Source: Thecamonas trahens ATCC 50062 (taxonomy: Eukaryota > Protista > Apusomonadida). Taken from it: 64,000 nucleotides of DNA. The notes beneath the pieces were generated by a model that saw only the letters and a list, made by a program, of their open reading frames with translations, was not told the origin of the DNA and did no database searches. This document shows positions 23,724 through 32,678 of the stretch, in pieces (the first letter of the stretch is position 1; every line of letters starts with the position of its first letter). Location: assembly GCF_000142905.1 (NCBI RefSeq), contig NW_013657663.1, positions 186,001 through 250,000 of the forward strand. The letters run 5' to 3'. Both the position numbers and the translations under genes were made by a program.

Positions 23724-24347
23724 ATGTACTTGGAACGCAAGCCGGTAGAGGTGGGCCGCCGGGCACGGCTGTCGTGGTGGCTGGCGTCGCCGGACGGGCG
23801 TGTGGCGCTGGTGTCGGTGGTGGCGGTGGTGTGGCTGGCGGCGCTGCTGCTGCCGTGGCACACCACCAAGGTGACTCGGTACGCACAGCCTGCGGCCAAC
23901 GTGACTGCGGCATCGGACTCGTCGTCGTGCTGGGTGCTCGGGCGCGGGACTTGCACCGGCGAGCTGTACTCGCTCAGCGCACAGCACGGCGACCTGCGCC
24001 TCATCTACACCGTCACCTTTGCCTGCCTCCTTGCCGGCTTGGTCCTCCTCCTGCCCTACGCCGTCCTCACCTGGTACGACGCCTCGGTCTGGTCCGGCGT
24101 GCTGGGCGTCATGGCCGGCGCTTTGCTGGCCGCTGCCGTCGCCTTCTTTGCCGTCGGCGTCGACGAGCACAACCGCGCCCACGCCTGGGGCAAGGCCACC
24201 GTCGTCTCGGCTCTGGGCAGCCAAGCTCGCACCGAGTCGAGCGGCATGAACATCGGCTGGTACCTGGCGGTCGTCCTCTGGTTCCTCCTCTTTGCCGTCT
24301 TTAGCTACGTGGCCAAGCACTCGAGCAAGCGCCGTGGCGGGTGGTGA
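23724..24347 (+). CDS. Four-TM claudin/PMP22-superfamily-like membrane protein
   Basis: Four hydrophobic segments, LPW after TM1, two Cys in loop 1, GWYL before TM4. Confidence 0.6.
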   Translation: MYLERKPVEVGRRARLSWWLASPDGRVALVSVVAVVWLAALLLPWHTTKVTRYAQPAANVTAASDSSSCWVLGRGTCTGELYSLSAQHGDLRLIYTVTFACLLAGLVLLLPYAVLTWYDASVWSGVLGVMAGALLAAAVAFFAVGVDEHNRAHAWGKATVVSALGSQARTESSGMNIGWYLAVVLWFLLFAVFSYVAKHSSKRRGGW

Positions 24348-24366
24348 TTCCCCCGACTGGTCCTCC

Positions 24367-25785
24367 TCACCCGAGCCGATTGAGCGCCTCGATGCCTGCG
24401 GCAAGCGTGTCATCTGCCTTGCAGAAGCAGAAGCGAGCGTAGTTGGCTGCCAGCTCGGCGTGGTCCGGCGAGTAGAAGGCCGACGGCGGAATGGCAGTCA
24501 CGCCCGCGCTTTGGGTCAGCCACCGGCAGACTTGGTAGTCACGGGCGTTGGTCTCGCCTACCGGCACGCCCGCCACAGGCTCGAACGGGAACGGGCCGGG
24601 CAGGCTGCCGGTGTCAGCCAGCGCAAAGTACGAACCCTGGGGGGCAATGGGATCGAGCCCTGCGCGGGCGAGCGCGCCAACCAGTAGGTCGCGTTTGGCC
24701 TGCAGCGCGGCGACCGAGTCGGTAAAGTAGTTGTGCTCGTGGGCGGCCGGAAAGAGGGCGGCTGCAGCGGCCTGCAGCGGCGTCGGCGAGGCAAAGGTGA
24801 TGTACTGCGAGACGAGCCAGAGGGCGGTGATGAGCTTGGGCGGGCCCAGCGCCCAGCCCAATCGCCACCCGGTCACCGAAAACGTCTTGCCTGCCGAGCC
24901 GAGCGTGATTGTCCGCTGGAACATACCCGGCAGCGAGCCGATCGAGACGTGCGGTTCCGAGTCCGAGTACACTAGCGAGTCGTAGACCTCGTCGGCGAGG
25001 ACGATGAGGTCGTGCTTGCAGGCCAGCTCGGCGATGCCCTCGAGCTCGGCCCGCGAAAAGACCTTGCCCGTCGGGTTGTGTGGCGTGGTGAGAACGAGCA
25101 TGCGGGTGACCGGTGAGATAGCGGCCTCGAGCTTGTCCAGATCAAGCTTCCAGCCTGAGGCCGAGAGCACTGTCTCGCGGCCAGAGCCCGGTGGCGCTGG
25201 CACGTGCTCCGGCGTGTACTCGAGCGGGACGTAGCGTGCGACGGCACCAGCCAGCTCCACAGACGCTGGGTAAGAGTCATAAAACGGCTCCATGAGCACC
25301 ACCTCCTCGCCGGGATCAACCAACGCGTTGATGGCGGCGTAGATGGCGGCCGACGCGCCCGAAGTGACCAGGACCTGCGAGTCTGGATCGTCCAGTGCGC
25401 CGCCGAGCTTTCCCGAGTACTCGTCGACAAGGGCGCGGACCAGCCCCGGATGCCCGCGTGAGCGGGTGTACTGGTGGCCCATGGCACCAGCCCGCGCCGC
25501 ATCGACCAGCGCCTCGCTGATGAACTCGGGCAGCGGCATGTCCGGGAAGCCCTGGCCGAGGTTTGCGGCGCCGACGGCAGCCGCCAGCGGCGAGAACTCG
25601 ACCCAGACCGAGCCATTGGGATCAAAGCCCGCCACACGCTCTGCTGTCTCCCTACTCGGCGGCGGGCAGCAATCGAGGCGGATGCCGCTGTTGTATCGGG
25701 CGGGCGGAGATGCGGGCGAGCGGGAGGGAGCGGTGGCGAGTGCCGACAGTGGCCGGCGGAGGCCAGCACGGAGTGAGGCCAGCAT
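24367..25785 (-). CDS. KYAT: Kynurenine/glutamine aminotransferase (PLP class I/II), probable mitochondrial presequence
   Basis: NLGQGFPD, HQYTRSRGHP, EPFYDSY, TPHNPTGKVF, DEVY, SAGKTFSVTGWRLGW, RFCFCK; Arg/Leu/Ser-rich N-terminus. Confidence 0.92.
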   Translation of the reverse strand: MLASLRAGLRRPLSALATAPSRSPASPPARYNSGIRLDCCPPPSRETAERVAGFDPNGSVWVEFSPLAAAVGAANLGQGFPDMPLPEFISEALVDAARAGAMGHQYTRSRGHPGLVRALVDEYSGKLGGALDDPDSQVLVTSGASAAIYAAINALVDPGEEVVLMEPFYDSYPASVELAGAVARYVPLEYTPEHVPAPPGSGRETVLSASGWKLDLDKLEAAISPVTRMLVLTTPHNPTGKVFSRAELEGIAELACKHDLIVLADEVYDSLVYSDSEPHVSIGSLPGMFQRTITLGSAGKTFSVTGWRLGWALGPPKLITALWLVSQYITFASPTPLQAAAAALFPAAHEHNYFTDSVAALQAKRDLLVGALARAGLDPIAPQGSYFALADTGSLPGPFPFEPVAGVPVGETNARDYQVCRWLTQSAGVTAIPPSAFYSPDHAELAANYARFCFCKADDTLAAGIEALNRLG

Positions 25786-25799
25786 TGCGAGTGTACACT

Positions 25800-25922
25800 G
25801 GTATGTGTGTATGTGTGTATGTATGTGTATGTATGTGTGTGTATGTGTGTATGTGTGTGTGTGTGTGTGTGTGTGTAGTGATGTCTCTCTCTCTCTCTCT
25901 CTCTCCCCCCCCCCCCCCCCCC
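25800..25922. repeat. Compound microsatellite (TG/TA)n-(CT)n-poly(C) in a divergent intergenic region
   Basis: Directly visible simple repeats. Confidence 0.9.
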
Positions 25923-26162
25923 ACACTCCCTTTGCCTCTCTGGTGACTGGTGACTCTCTCTCCCCTGGTCGTGTCATCCTGCCTCAATCAGTACCCATCA
26001 TCATCGCCATTCGCCATCTGCTCGTTGCCCCCCCCCCCCCCCAAACCTTGGTTGTTCGCTGTTCGCCGGCTGGCCCTTCCCCCCTCGCCCCGCCCCTCCC
26101 CTCACACCCCGACACGATCTGGCTGACGACAGTACCATTCTCCACCTCTCCTCTCCCCACAG

Positions 26163-28262
26163 ATGCAGGTCGCTTGGACGGTGCAGCGGGCGCGACTGGG
26201 CATGAGGAGCGGACAGCGGGCACGGCAGGCGGTGGGATCGAGTCGGGTCCCGATGGCCTTCTCAGCCTTGGCCCTGGCCAAGCAGGAGACCCTGTTCCGC
26301 AGACGGACCGAGCTGGTGGTGGTCCACGAGGCGCTGCCGGAAGAGACTGCGTACACCACTGCTCACGATGGGACCATTGTTCTATGGGACTACTCGGATC
26401 GCCCACAGGAGGCGTCGCGGACACGGGTCGTCTTCATGGGCGCAGGCAAGGCCGCCGGCCTGCAGGAGCTCCGCCTGCTTCCGTCGTCGCCGGGCCTCCT
26501 CTTCACCGCCTCGCTCAATGGCACTGTCTGCATGCACGACGTCGCTGCCCAGGCCTCGCGCATCCTGCTAGGCTCTTTTTCCTGGGATCGATGGTTCACC
26601 ACCTGCGACATCGCTGAGGATCGTTCGCTCGTCGTTGCTGGCGACAACCACGGCTACGCCTACTTTCTCGATCCACGGACCGGCTCCAACCTTGTGACAG
26701 GTGCTGACGCCGCCCTGGTGGCCAAGGCCGAAGCCACACCCGACAATCACGTCTCCCACTGGATGACCCGCTCGGTCGCGTGGGAGGGCGATCCCTACGC
26801 CACCTGGGCCGAGCCCTCGCTCGCCTGGCTCCCGCCACAGGCCCCACCGGGGTATGACGTGCTCGATGGCTCGCGCTTTGGTCGCGCACCCGGATCGCCG
26901 CTCGTCCGCCCGCCCTCGGTTGCTACAGGCCGCGGCTTGCGCTTCCATAAGAACAAGCTTGTCCACGCCGAGTTCCATCCCGCCGACACCAACGTTCTCC
27001 TCACCGCTGGCCATGACAAGGTCATGCGTCTGTGGGATGTCCGCAAGCTTAGCTCGACTGGCTTTGCCGTCGGCCACACCGCCTCATCGCTCCTTTCCGA
27101 GTATGCTCTGCCCGCCAATGTCAACGCGGCGTACTTCTCGCCGGGCGATGGCGCCCGCATTCTGGCCACCACACAGAACGATCTCATTCTCGTCTACGAC
27201 GTCGCCGATGGCTCCATGGGCGTCATCAACCACCCCAACTCGTTCTACCAGCACATGACACCCATCAAGGCCTCTTGGCACCCAATCCATCCCGAGTTCT
27301 TTGTTGTTGGCTCGTACAAGTCGCTTTCCAAGCGGTCCACTACCGCAGCCTTTGCCGGTATGGACAAGGACGCATACGCCCACATTGCCGAGTACCGCGG
27401 CATCGACCTGTACAACGCCGTCACTCTCGATCACGTCGCTGCCATCCCGGCCACCGTCGTCACTGAGAAGCCGCGCGTCTTTGCTGTCAACAAGTTCTCC
27501 GCCACCGGCGATGTTCTCCTGTCCGGCTCGGGCCACTCGCTCTACGCGTGGCGACCGGTCAACGCTGTCGACGCTGCCCATCGCTCTGGCAACAAGCGCA
27601 TGCGCTCGCCTAGCCGCGGCTCGCGCTCCGACGATGATGATGATGACGACGGGCAGGGAAGCGGCCCGCATCGCCCACTCTCCGCCATGTCGCTCGCCGA
27701 TCCCGCTGCCATCAACAGGCGCATCCGCGATTTGTTCGGCCGGTCGCAGCGGTTTGCTAACCCCGGCGATGCCAAAGACATGCTCGCCAAGTCGGGCAAG
27801 GCCAAGGCCAAGGCCAAGACCGCGACTAAGGCCACTGCGGCCAAGTCAAGGTCCAAGACAAAGGCCAGCACAAGGGCCACCACAGCCTCAGTCGCTTCCA
27901 CCGCAACTGCAGCGTCAACGTCGTCTCGACCCCGAAAGAAGCCCAAGACGCTCAGGTCATCCAAGGCCGCCGCGGCGATCGATTTCACGCTTGCCACACC
28001 ACCGGCATCCCAGACCTCGTCCCAGGCAGCTTCACAGGCTACGCCCACAGCTGCATCACCGTCTCGCTCCGTTCCACCCGCGGCGTCTGTCGCTGTCTGT
28101 GTCGGCGGCGGCGACGACGACGACGACGATGACGACTTTGACACAACATCGCTCACGCTCTATCCTCCGTCTGCGTCGTCATCCCTGTCGCAAGAGTCGC
28201 TTGATGCGCTCCGGCATCGCGGGCGGCGCGACAGTCGCAGGAAGCGCAACAAGCAGTTGTGA
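26163..28262 (+). CDS. DDB2: DNA damage-binding protein 2 (WD40) with Lys/Ser-rich tail
   Basis: RFHKNKLVHAEFHP..LLTAGHDKVMRLWDVR, VNAAYFSP, HPNSFYQHMTPIKASWHP (DDB2 FQH hairpin motif). The ATG follows CCCCACAG, so an upstream exon is possible. Confidence 0.82.
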   Translation: MQVAWTVQRARLGMRSGQRARQAVGSSRVPMAFSALALAKQETLFRRRTELVVVHEALPEETAYTTAHDGTIVLWDYSDRPQEASRTRVVFMGAGKAAGLQELRLLPSSPGLLFTASLNGTVCMHDVAAQASRILLGSFSWDRWFTTCDIAEDRSLVVAGDNHGYAYFLDPRTGSNLVTGADAALVAKAEATPDNHVSHWMTRSVAWEGDPYATWAEPSLAWLPPQAPPGYDVLDGSRFGRAPGSPLVRPPSVATGRGLRFHKNKLVHAEFHPADTNVLLTAGHDKVMRLWDVRKLSSTGFAVGHTASSLLSEYALPANVNAAYFSPGDGARILATTQNDLILVYDVADGSMGVINHPNSFYQHMTPIKASWHPIHPEFFVVGSYKSLSKRSTTAAFAGMDKDAYAHIAEYRGIDLYNAVTLDHVAAIPATVVTEKPRVFAVNKFSATGDVLLSGSGHSLYAWRPVNAVDAAHRSGNKRMRSPSRGSRSDDDDDDDGQGSGPHRPLSAMSLADPAAINRRIRDLFGRSQRFANPGDAKDMLAKSGKAKAKAKTATKATAAKSRSKTKASTRATTASVASTATAASTSSRPRKKPKTLRSSKAAAAIDFTLATPPASQTSSQAASQATPTAASPSRSVPPAASVAVCVGGGDDDDDDDDFDTTSLTLYPPSASSSLSQESLDALRHRGRRDSRRKRNKQL

Positions 28263-28276
28263 GGAGGCCGAAGGCT

Positions 28277-29857
28277 TCAATACTCTTGCAAGTTCGATGT
28301 GGAACGGAACGATGGCATGGTGTACGTGTTGGTCACCATCAGCCGCGGTGACGAGGCCGAGTGCACGTCGTCGTTCTTCAGGCTAGAGACAACCTCGAGT
28401 TGGAGCTTGCCGCACAGTGCGCCAAGCGTTCCGGAGGCCGGGTCGACACCGTGGACACCGATCTCGACATAGTTGGTCCGGGTAAATGACAGCGGCGAGA
28501 GCACAAGTCGTCCACAGCCGACCACTACCAGGTCTTCCAGCACAAATAGGTCAATGACTGGCGACGGGTGATTGGGGACCGGCCGGTGCACAATCCATGG
28601 GTTCGGCGCCTCATAGCCCGACGCAACTGCGGCCGAAGGCGCCATCTCGACGAGGTCGACCGAGTCCTGAGACTCGAGCTGGGTCGCTTGCAGCGGCACG
28701 TGTGCCGTGTTGGGCGCAGCAAGCACCGCCATGCGGACATCTGCTGCTCCGCTCACCCACTCCAGCCGCTTGATGCCAACTCGGAGCGTGGAAGGGACCC
28801 TGCGCCGCGGCGAGATGGCCTCGTGCGGCGGGCGGGCGCTGGTGTCGGGCGGCGACGCCGGCTTGATGTGGGCAAGCGGCGGGCCGTTCTCATCGGCACC
28901 GATAGCAGCGTCGTCGTCGCTGGCGTCATGGTCGGTCTGCATCTCCAGAACAGCGATGCCGTAGCGACGGCGGTCAAGCTCAGCAAGCGCGTGGCGGTGA
29001 ACCCGCTCGGCGTCGAGCAGCGCCTGCCACTCGTCCTCGAACAGAATCTCGGCGTTGCCGTCCTCAGCGACGGCAAACATAAGCTCCTGCTGAAGGGCAC
29101 GCTTCCCAGCCTCCAGTTCACGGCGTTTGCGCTCACGTTCGTACGCCCGGACACGGTTCGACTCGTCAACCCGTTCCTTCTCTGCCACCAGATCGACCAG
29201 AAACGGCGAGCGATCGGTCCGTTTCCGCCAGCGGTGCTCCAGCTTGCGCAGGTATGTCTGGGTCTTGCGCTTGGCCTGTGCATCCTCGACGCGCGCCCGC
29301 GCAGTTGCAGGTCGCGCCCGCGAGTAGTGGACCGACACACCCTGAATGGCTCGTGACTCGTCCTTGGCATCCTTTCTCACCGTTGCGCCAGCCGCAGTCC
29401 TCGGGCGGCGCTGCCGCCGCTTACGGCCACCAGCCGCGGTCGCCGGGCGCGACCCTACCGGCGGACGCGGAGCACCAGCCCCACCGCCGTGTCCCGTACG
29501 ACTGCGACCACCAGCCGTTGCCGGCCGGCGCTGACTAGTTGAGGAAGCCGATGGTGGCGGACCGGCACGGGAGCGGGAGCGGGACGATGCGGCGCGGGTC
29601 GAGGCCGAGGCCGAGCGTCGCGGACGGGCTAGCATCTCCTGGCGCACCTTCCACGTCCTATCGGGCACCGAAAGCGTCTTTGCCAGCGGGTTTTCTGCAA
29701 GGATGGCCGCCCGGAGCGAGTGCCCTCGCCCTTTGCGTCCGTGGCGGCGGCGTGTCCTGGGCGGCGGCGAGGTCGGCTGGGTCCTCACGAGGCTCTGTGA
29801 GACCACCGGGCGGGCAAAGTAGTCGCGCACCGTATGCCGCGGCGAGACCGACGACAT
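28277..29857 (-). CDS. Uncharacterised protein: basic disordered N-terminus, coiled coil, C-terminal C2-like beta domain
   Basis: 526-aa ORF filling the space between neighbours; RPATA repeats; SPFLVDLVAEKERVDESNRVR helix; beta-strand pattern at the C-terminus. Confidence 0.6.
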   Translation of the reverse strand: MSSVSPRHTVRDYFARPVVSQSLVRTQPTSPPPRTRRRHGRKGRGHSLRAAILAENPLAKTLSVPDRTWKVRQEMLARPRRSASASTRAASSRSRSRAGPPPSASSTSQRRPATAGGRSRTGHGGGAGAPRPPVGSRPATAAGGRKRRQRRPRTAAGATVRKDAKDESRAIQGVSVHYSRARPATARARVEDAQAKRKTQTYLRKLEHRWRKRTDRSPFLVDLVAEKERVDESNRVRAYERERKRRELEAGKRALQQELMFAVAEDGNAEILFEDEWQALLDAERVHRHALAELDRRRYGIAVLEMQTDHDASDDDAAIGADENGPPLAHIKPASPPDTSARPPHEAISPRRRVPSTLRVGIKRLEWVSGAADVRMAVLAAPNTAHVPLQATQLESQDSVDLVEMAPSAAVASGYEAPNPWIVHRPVPNHPSPVIDLFVLEDLVVVGCGRLVLSPLSFTRTNYVEIGVHGVDPASGTLGALCGKLQLEVVSSLKNDDVHSASSPRLMVTNTYTMPSFRSTSNLQEY

Positions 29858-30120
29858 GCGTGTGCTGTGGTAGAAGTGGGAGCGGGAGTGGGTGTGGTGG
29901 TGGGTGTGGTGGTGGGGGTCTGGGGTTGGTGGTCGGGTGTGGCTGCCTGCTGCCCAAGTCGGCTGCCTGAGCCGTGTCTGTGGCCAACGGACGCCAACCG
30001 ACCGACAGAGGGACGGCGGGACGGAGGGACGGACCGTACCGGACCGGATCGGACCGCACAGCTACGACCACGAGCACGGCCACCACCTGACCACGGCTAC
30101 CAGACGACTGGCTGCAGGGG

Positions 30121-31203
30121 ATGGACGCTTTCGAATGGGCTCTGCTGGGCCGGGGAGAGGCGCCACTGGCGGATGCCCTGCCGCCGCACTTGGCAGAGGG
30201 CGTGGCTAGGGGTCTGCCCGGTGGGGCGGTCTCACCGCCGGTGGCGTCGCCGCTCGGCGGCGGTACGCCGCGGATATCGCCGCTTGGGACTGGTTCGAGC
30301 TCGCTTGGCGTGGTGGGTGTCGGGCTGGGGACGAACACACCGAGGATGGCGACTCCCGGCCCGGATGTATCCCTGCGAAGCGTGGGCGCAGGCGCGGGCG
30401 CGGGCGCGGGCGTGGGCGTTGGCGTGAGGCCAACCACGATCAGCGCCTGGGGCGGCGGAGGTGCAACAGGGTGGACCGATGCTCACGGCGATGGCTCGCC
30501 CGAATGGGCACATCTGCCGAGGCAACGATGGTCACCGGCAAACGACGTGCCGTCGCTGGCATCGGCCTTCCAGAGCGAGGCTGCCGCCATGGAGGAGCAG
30601 TACGCACAGCTGCGGGCCAACATCCAGCACATGGACGCACTGCGCGCCAGCATCGGTACAGGCCACAGTGTCGGTGGAGGACAAGTGGGCGGCCAGCCCG
30701 GGAGCTATGGCTCTCCATCGCGGTACAACGATTCAATGCTGGCGCATGCTGGCGGCTACGGCGGCAGTTACGCCGGCTATGCGGGAGGCGGCGGCGGTGG
30801 CTACGGTCTGAAGCCCGAGACTGATCCCTACGCGTTCGAGCTGCAGCGGGCAGTTGACGGTCTCGCCGCCCAGCTCGACGAGGTGCTCACTCGCAAGGAG
30901 GCGGCGGCGGCTGAGAACGAGGCTCGACGCAAGGCGATATCCGAACTCTCCAGTCAGCACGCAGCCAAGCTCGAGCAGGTGCGCGAGTTGGAGCGCAAGC
31001 GCAGCCAGATGATAGAGACACTCCAAGCTGCCGAGCAGATGAGTCCTCCACCGGCAGCGCCAGTCAGCCCGGCCGAGTCGCCAGAGGCCAGTCCGGGCTC
31101 GGTGCCTGACTACAGGCTCTTGCGCGATCCACCGAGCAAGACGGCCGGGTTTGGCACCAGCACCCGGGTCCCCCTCTTTGACCGGTTCGGCATCCTTACG
31201 TGA
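30121..31203 (+). CDS. Hypothetical Gly/Pro-rich coiled-coil protein
   Basis: 360-aa ATG-initiated ORF with coding-like bias and two coiled-coil segments. Confidence 0.65.
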   Translation: MDAFEWALLGRGEAPLADALPPHLAEGVARGLPGGAVSPPVASPLGGGTPRISPLGTGSSSLGVVGVGLGTNTPRMATPGPDVSLRSVGAGAGAGAGVGVGVRPTTISAWGGGGATGWTDAHGDGSPEWAHLPRQRWSPANDVPSLASAFQSEAAAMEEQYAQLRANIQHMDALRASIGTGHSVGGGQVGGQPGSYGSPSRYNDSMLAHAGGYGGSYAGYAGGGGGGYGLKPETDPYAFELQRAVDGLAAQLDEVLTRKEAAAAENEARRKAISELSSQHAAKLEQVRELERKRSQMIETLQAAEQMSPPPAAPVSPAESPEASPGSVPDYRLLRDPPSKTAGFGTSTRVPLFDRFGILT

Positions 31204-32254
31204 GCATGGCGTAGTCATCAAGCCCGTCGTCATCCTCCGATGAGTCGAGCGCCGCTGGATCTAGCGAGCGAGCAAGAAGGGTGTCCAGAAAGGTGGGCCG
31301 GGCGTCGGCGGCGCCGATACCAATTGTCCGCGCCTCGCGCCGCAGCTGCATCAGCCGGTGCTGATGGAGAAGGGTCCGGATGTTGGAGGCTAGTATCAGC
31401 ATCGCAAGCCGCAGCATGAGCATAAACGTTACGCCATGGCGCAGGAAGAGCATGACGACCGAGAGTGCGAGGCCCGACATAAAGCCCATGTATCGTTCGA
31501 CCGACATGTGCTCGTACGCCGAGCCACCGAGCGCATCAACCGCCAGATACAGGACAACCTCCAGCGTGCTGAACGGCAGCGACGCGTCCTTGCCACTCTC
31601 GCTCTCGCCGTCACCATCCACCGACGACACCAGGGCCATGGCGAGGAGAAAGGCAAAGAACAGGACGTCGGCCACGAGAAGAACCGCCAGCGGCCGTCGG
31701 AGGGCGTAGATCCGCCCTACAATGCGGGCTTCACGCAGGTCGTACACACCGCTGTCTCCCATGCCAAGCACGCCCCACACAGGGTCCCACGCACCGAGCC
31801 CTGCAAGGCGGCGACTGGCCGTGCCTTCGTCCAGCACAGGGCTGACCGGCTCGGGCGCAACAGCAGCAGCAGCTTCGGCCTCGTCGCATTGCTGCCATCG
31901 ACCGGGCAGCGCCACTCGGACGGCGGCCATGACCTGGCCAGCAGGCCCACGAACCACTGCGCGCGATACAGAGCTGCTCGGAGCTGATGGTCTCTGGTGT
32001 GCGCTCTGGCCATCGCCAGCATCGCCGTCGTCTTGGCCTCGTCTGCGGCGACGGCCTCTCCGGCGCCCAGCCGGGCGGCTCTCCCTCTCTCGGCCTTCCG
32101 ACTCCAGGAGCGCAGCATGTCCATCATGTCCGCCCATACTTCTGCGCCCGAGACGCCTCCTGCTCGACCGCCTGCTCCTTCCCACCCAGGGTCCGGCCAG
32201 CGGCGGGGCAGGCCTGGACGACGCGCCTGCCTCCGGCTCCGATGCCGTGTTCAT
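31196..32254 (-). CDS. Hypothetical multi-pass membrane protein
   Basis: 352-aa ORF with 3-4 hydrophobic helices in the C-terminal half. Confidence 0.62.
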   Translation of the reverse strand: MNTASEPEAGASSRPAPPLAGPWVGRSRRSSRRRLGRRSMGGHDGHAALLESEGRERESRPAGRRRGRRRRRGQDDGDAGDGQSAHQRPSAPSSSVSRAVVRGPAGQVMAAVRVALPGRWQQCDEAEAAAAVAPEPVSPVLDEGTASRRLAGLGAWDPVWGVLGMGDSGVYDLREARIVGRIYALRRPLAVLLVADVLFFAFLLAMALVSSVDGDGESESGKDASLPFSTLEVVLYLAVDALGGSAYEHMSVERYMGFMSGLALSVVMLFLRHGVTFMLMLRLAMLILASNIRTLLHQHRLMQLRREARTIGIGAADARPTFLDTLLARSLDPAALDSSEDDDGLDDYAMLT

Positions 32255-32312
32255 TGCGTGCGTGTGGGCGAATGAGAGAGACAGAGAGACAGAGAGAGTA
32301 TGTGGGGTAGTG

Positions 32313-32365
32313 GGTGGTGGTGGTGGTGGTGGTGGTGGTGGTGGTGGTGGTGGTGGTGGTGGTGG
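32313..32365. repeat. (GGT)n microsatellite
   Basis: About 17 perfect GGT units. Confidence 0.9.
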
Positions 32366-32678
32366 GTGTGCGTGCGGGAGAGGAATGCCCCCGTATCCCT
32401 ACATGCTAGGCCCGTACCCGTCTTGGTCTGCTGTCCTCCCCCTGTTCCAGCTGTCGTGAGCTGTGGAACCACCGCCCGCCCGCCCATTCACCCGCCAAAT
32501 CATCGCCCCACTCGCCCCCGCCCACATCGGTCACTTCACTCTCGCGGGGCTCACGGGCAAAGGCGATCAATCCGACAGTTGGCGAAGAGGAGGTTGGTGT
32601 GGTGGACGAATCCAAGTTTCTCGCGTGTGCGTCCTCTGTCTGTTGACAGGCGCGTGAGGTCAGCAGGGAGTGGCGGTG

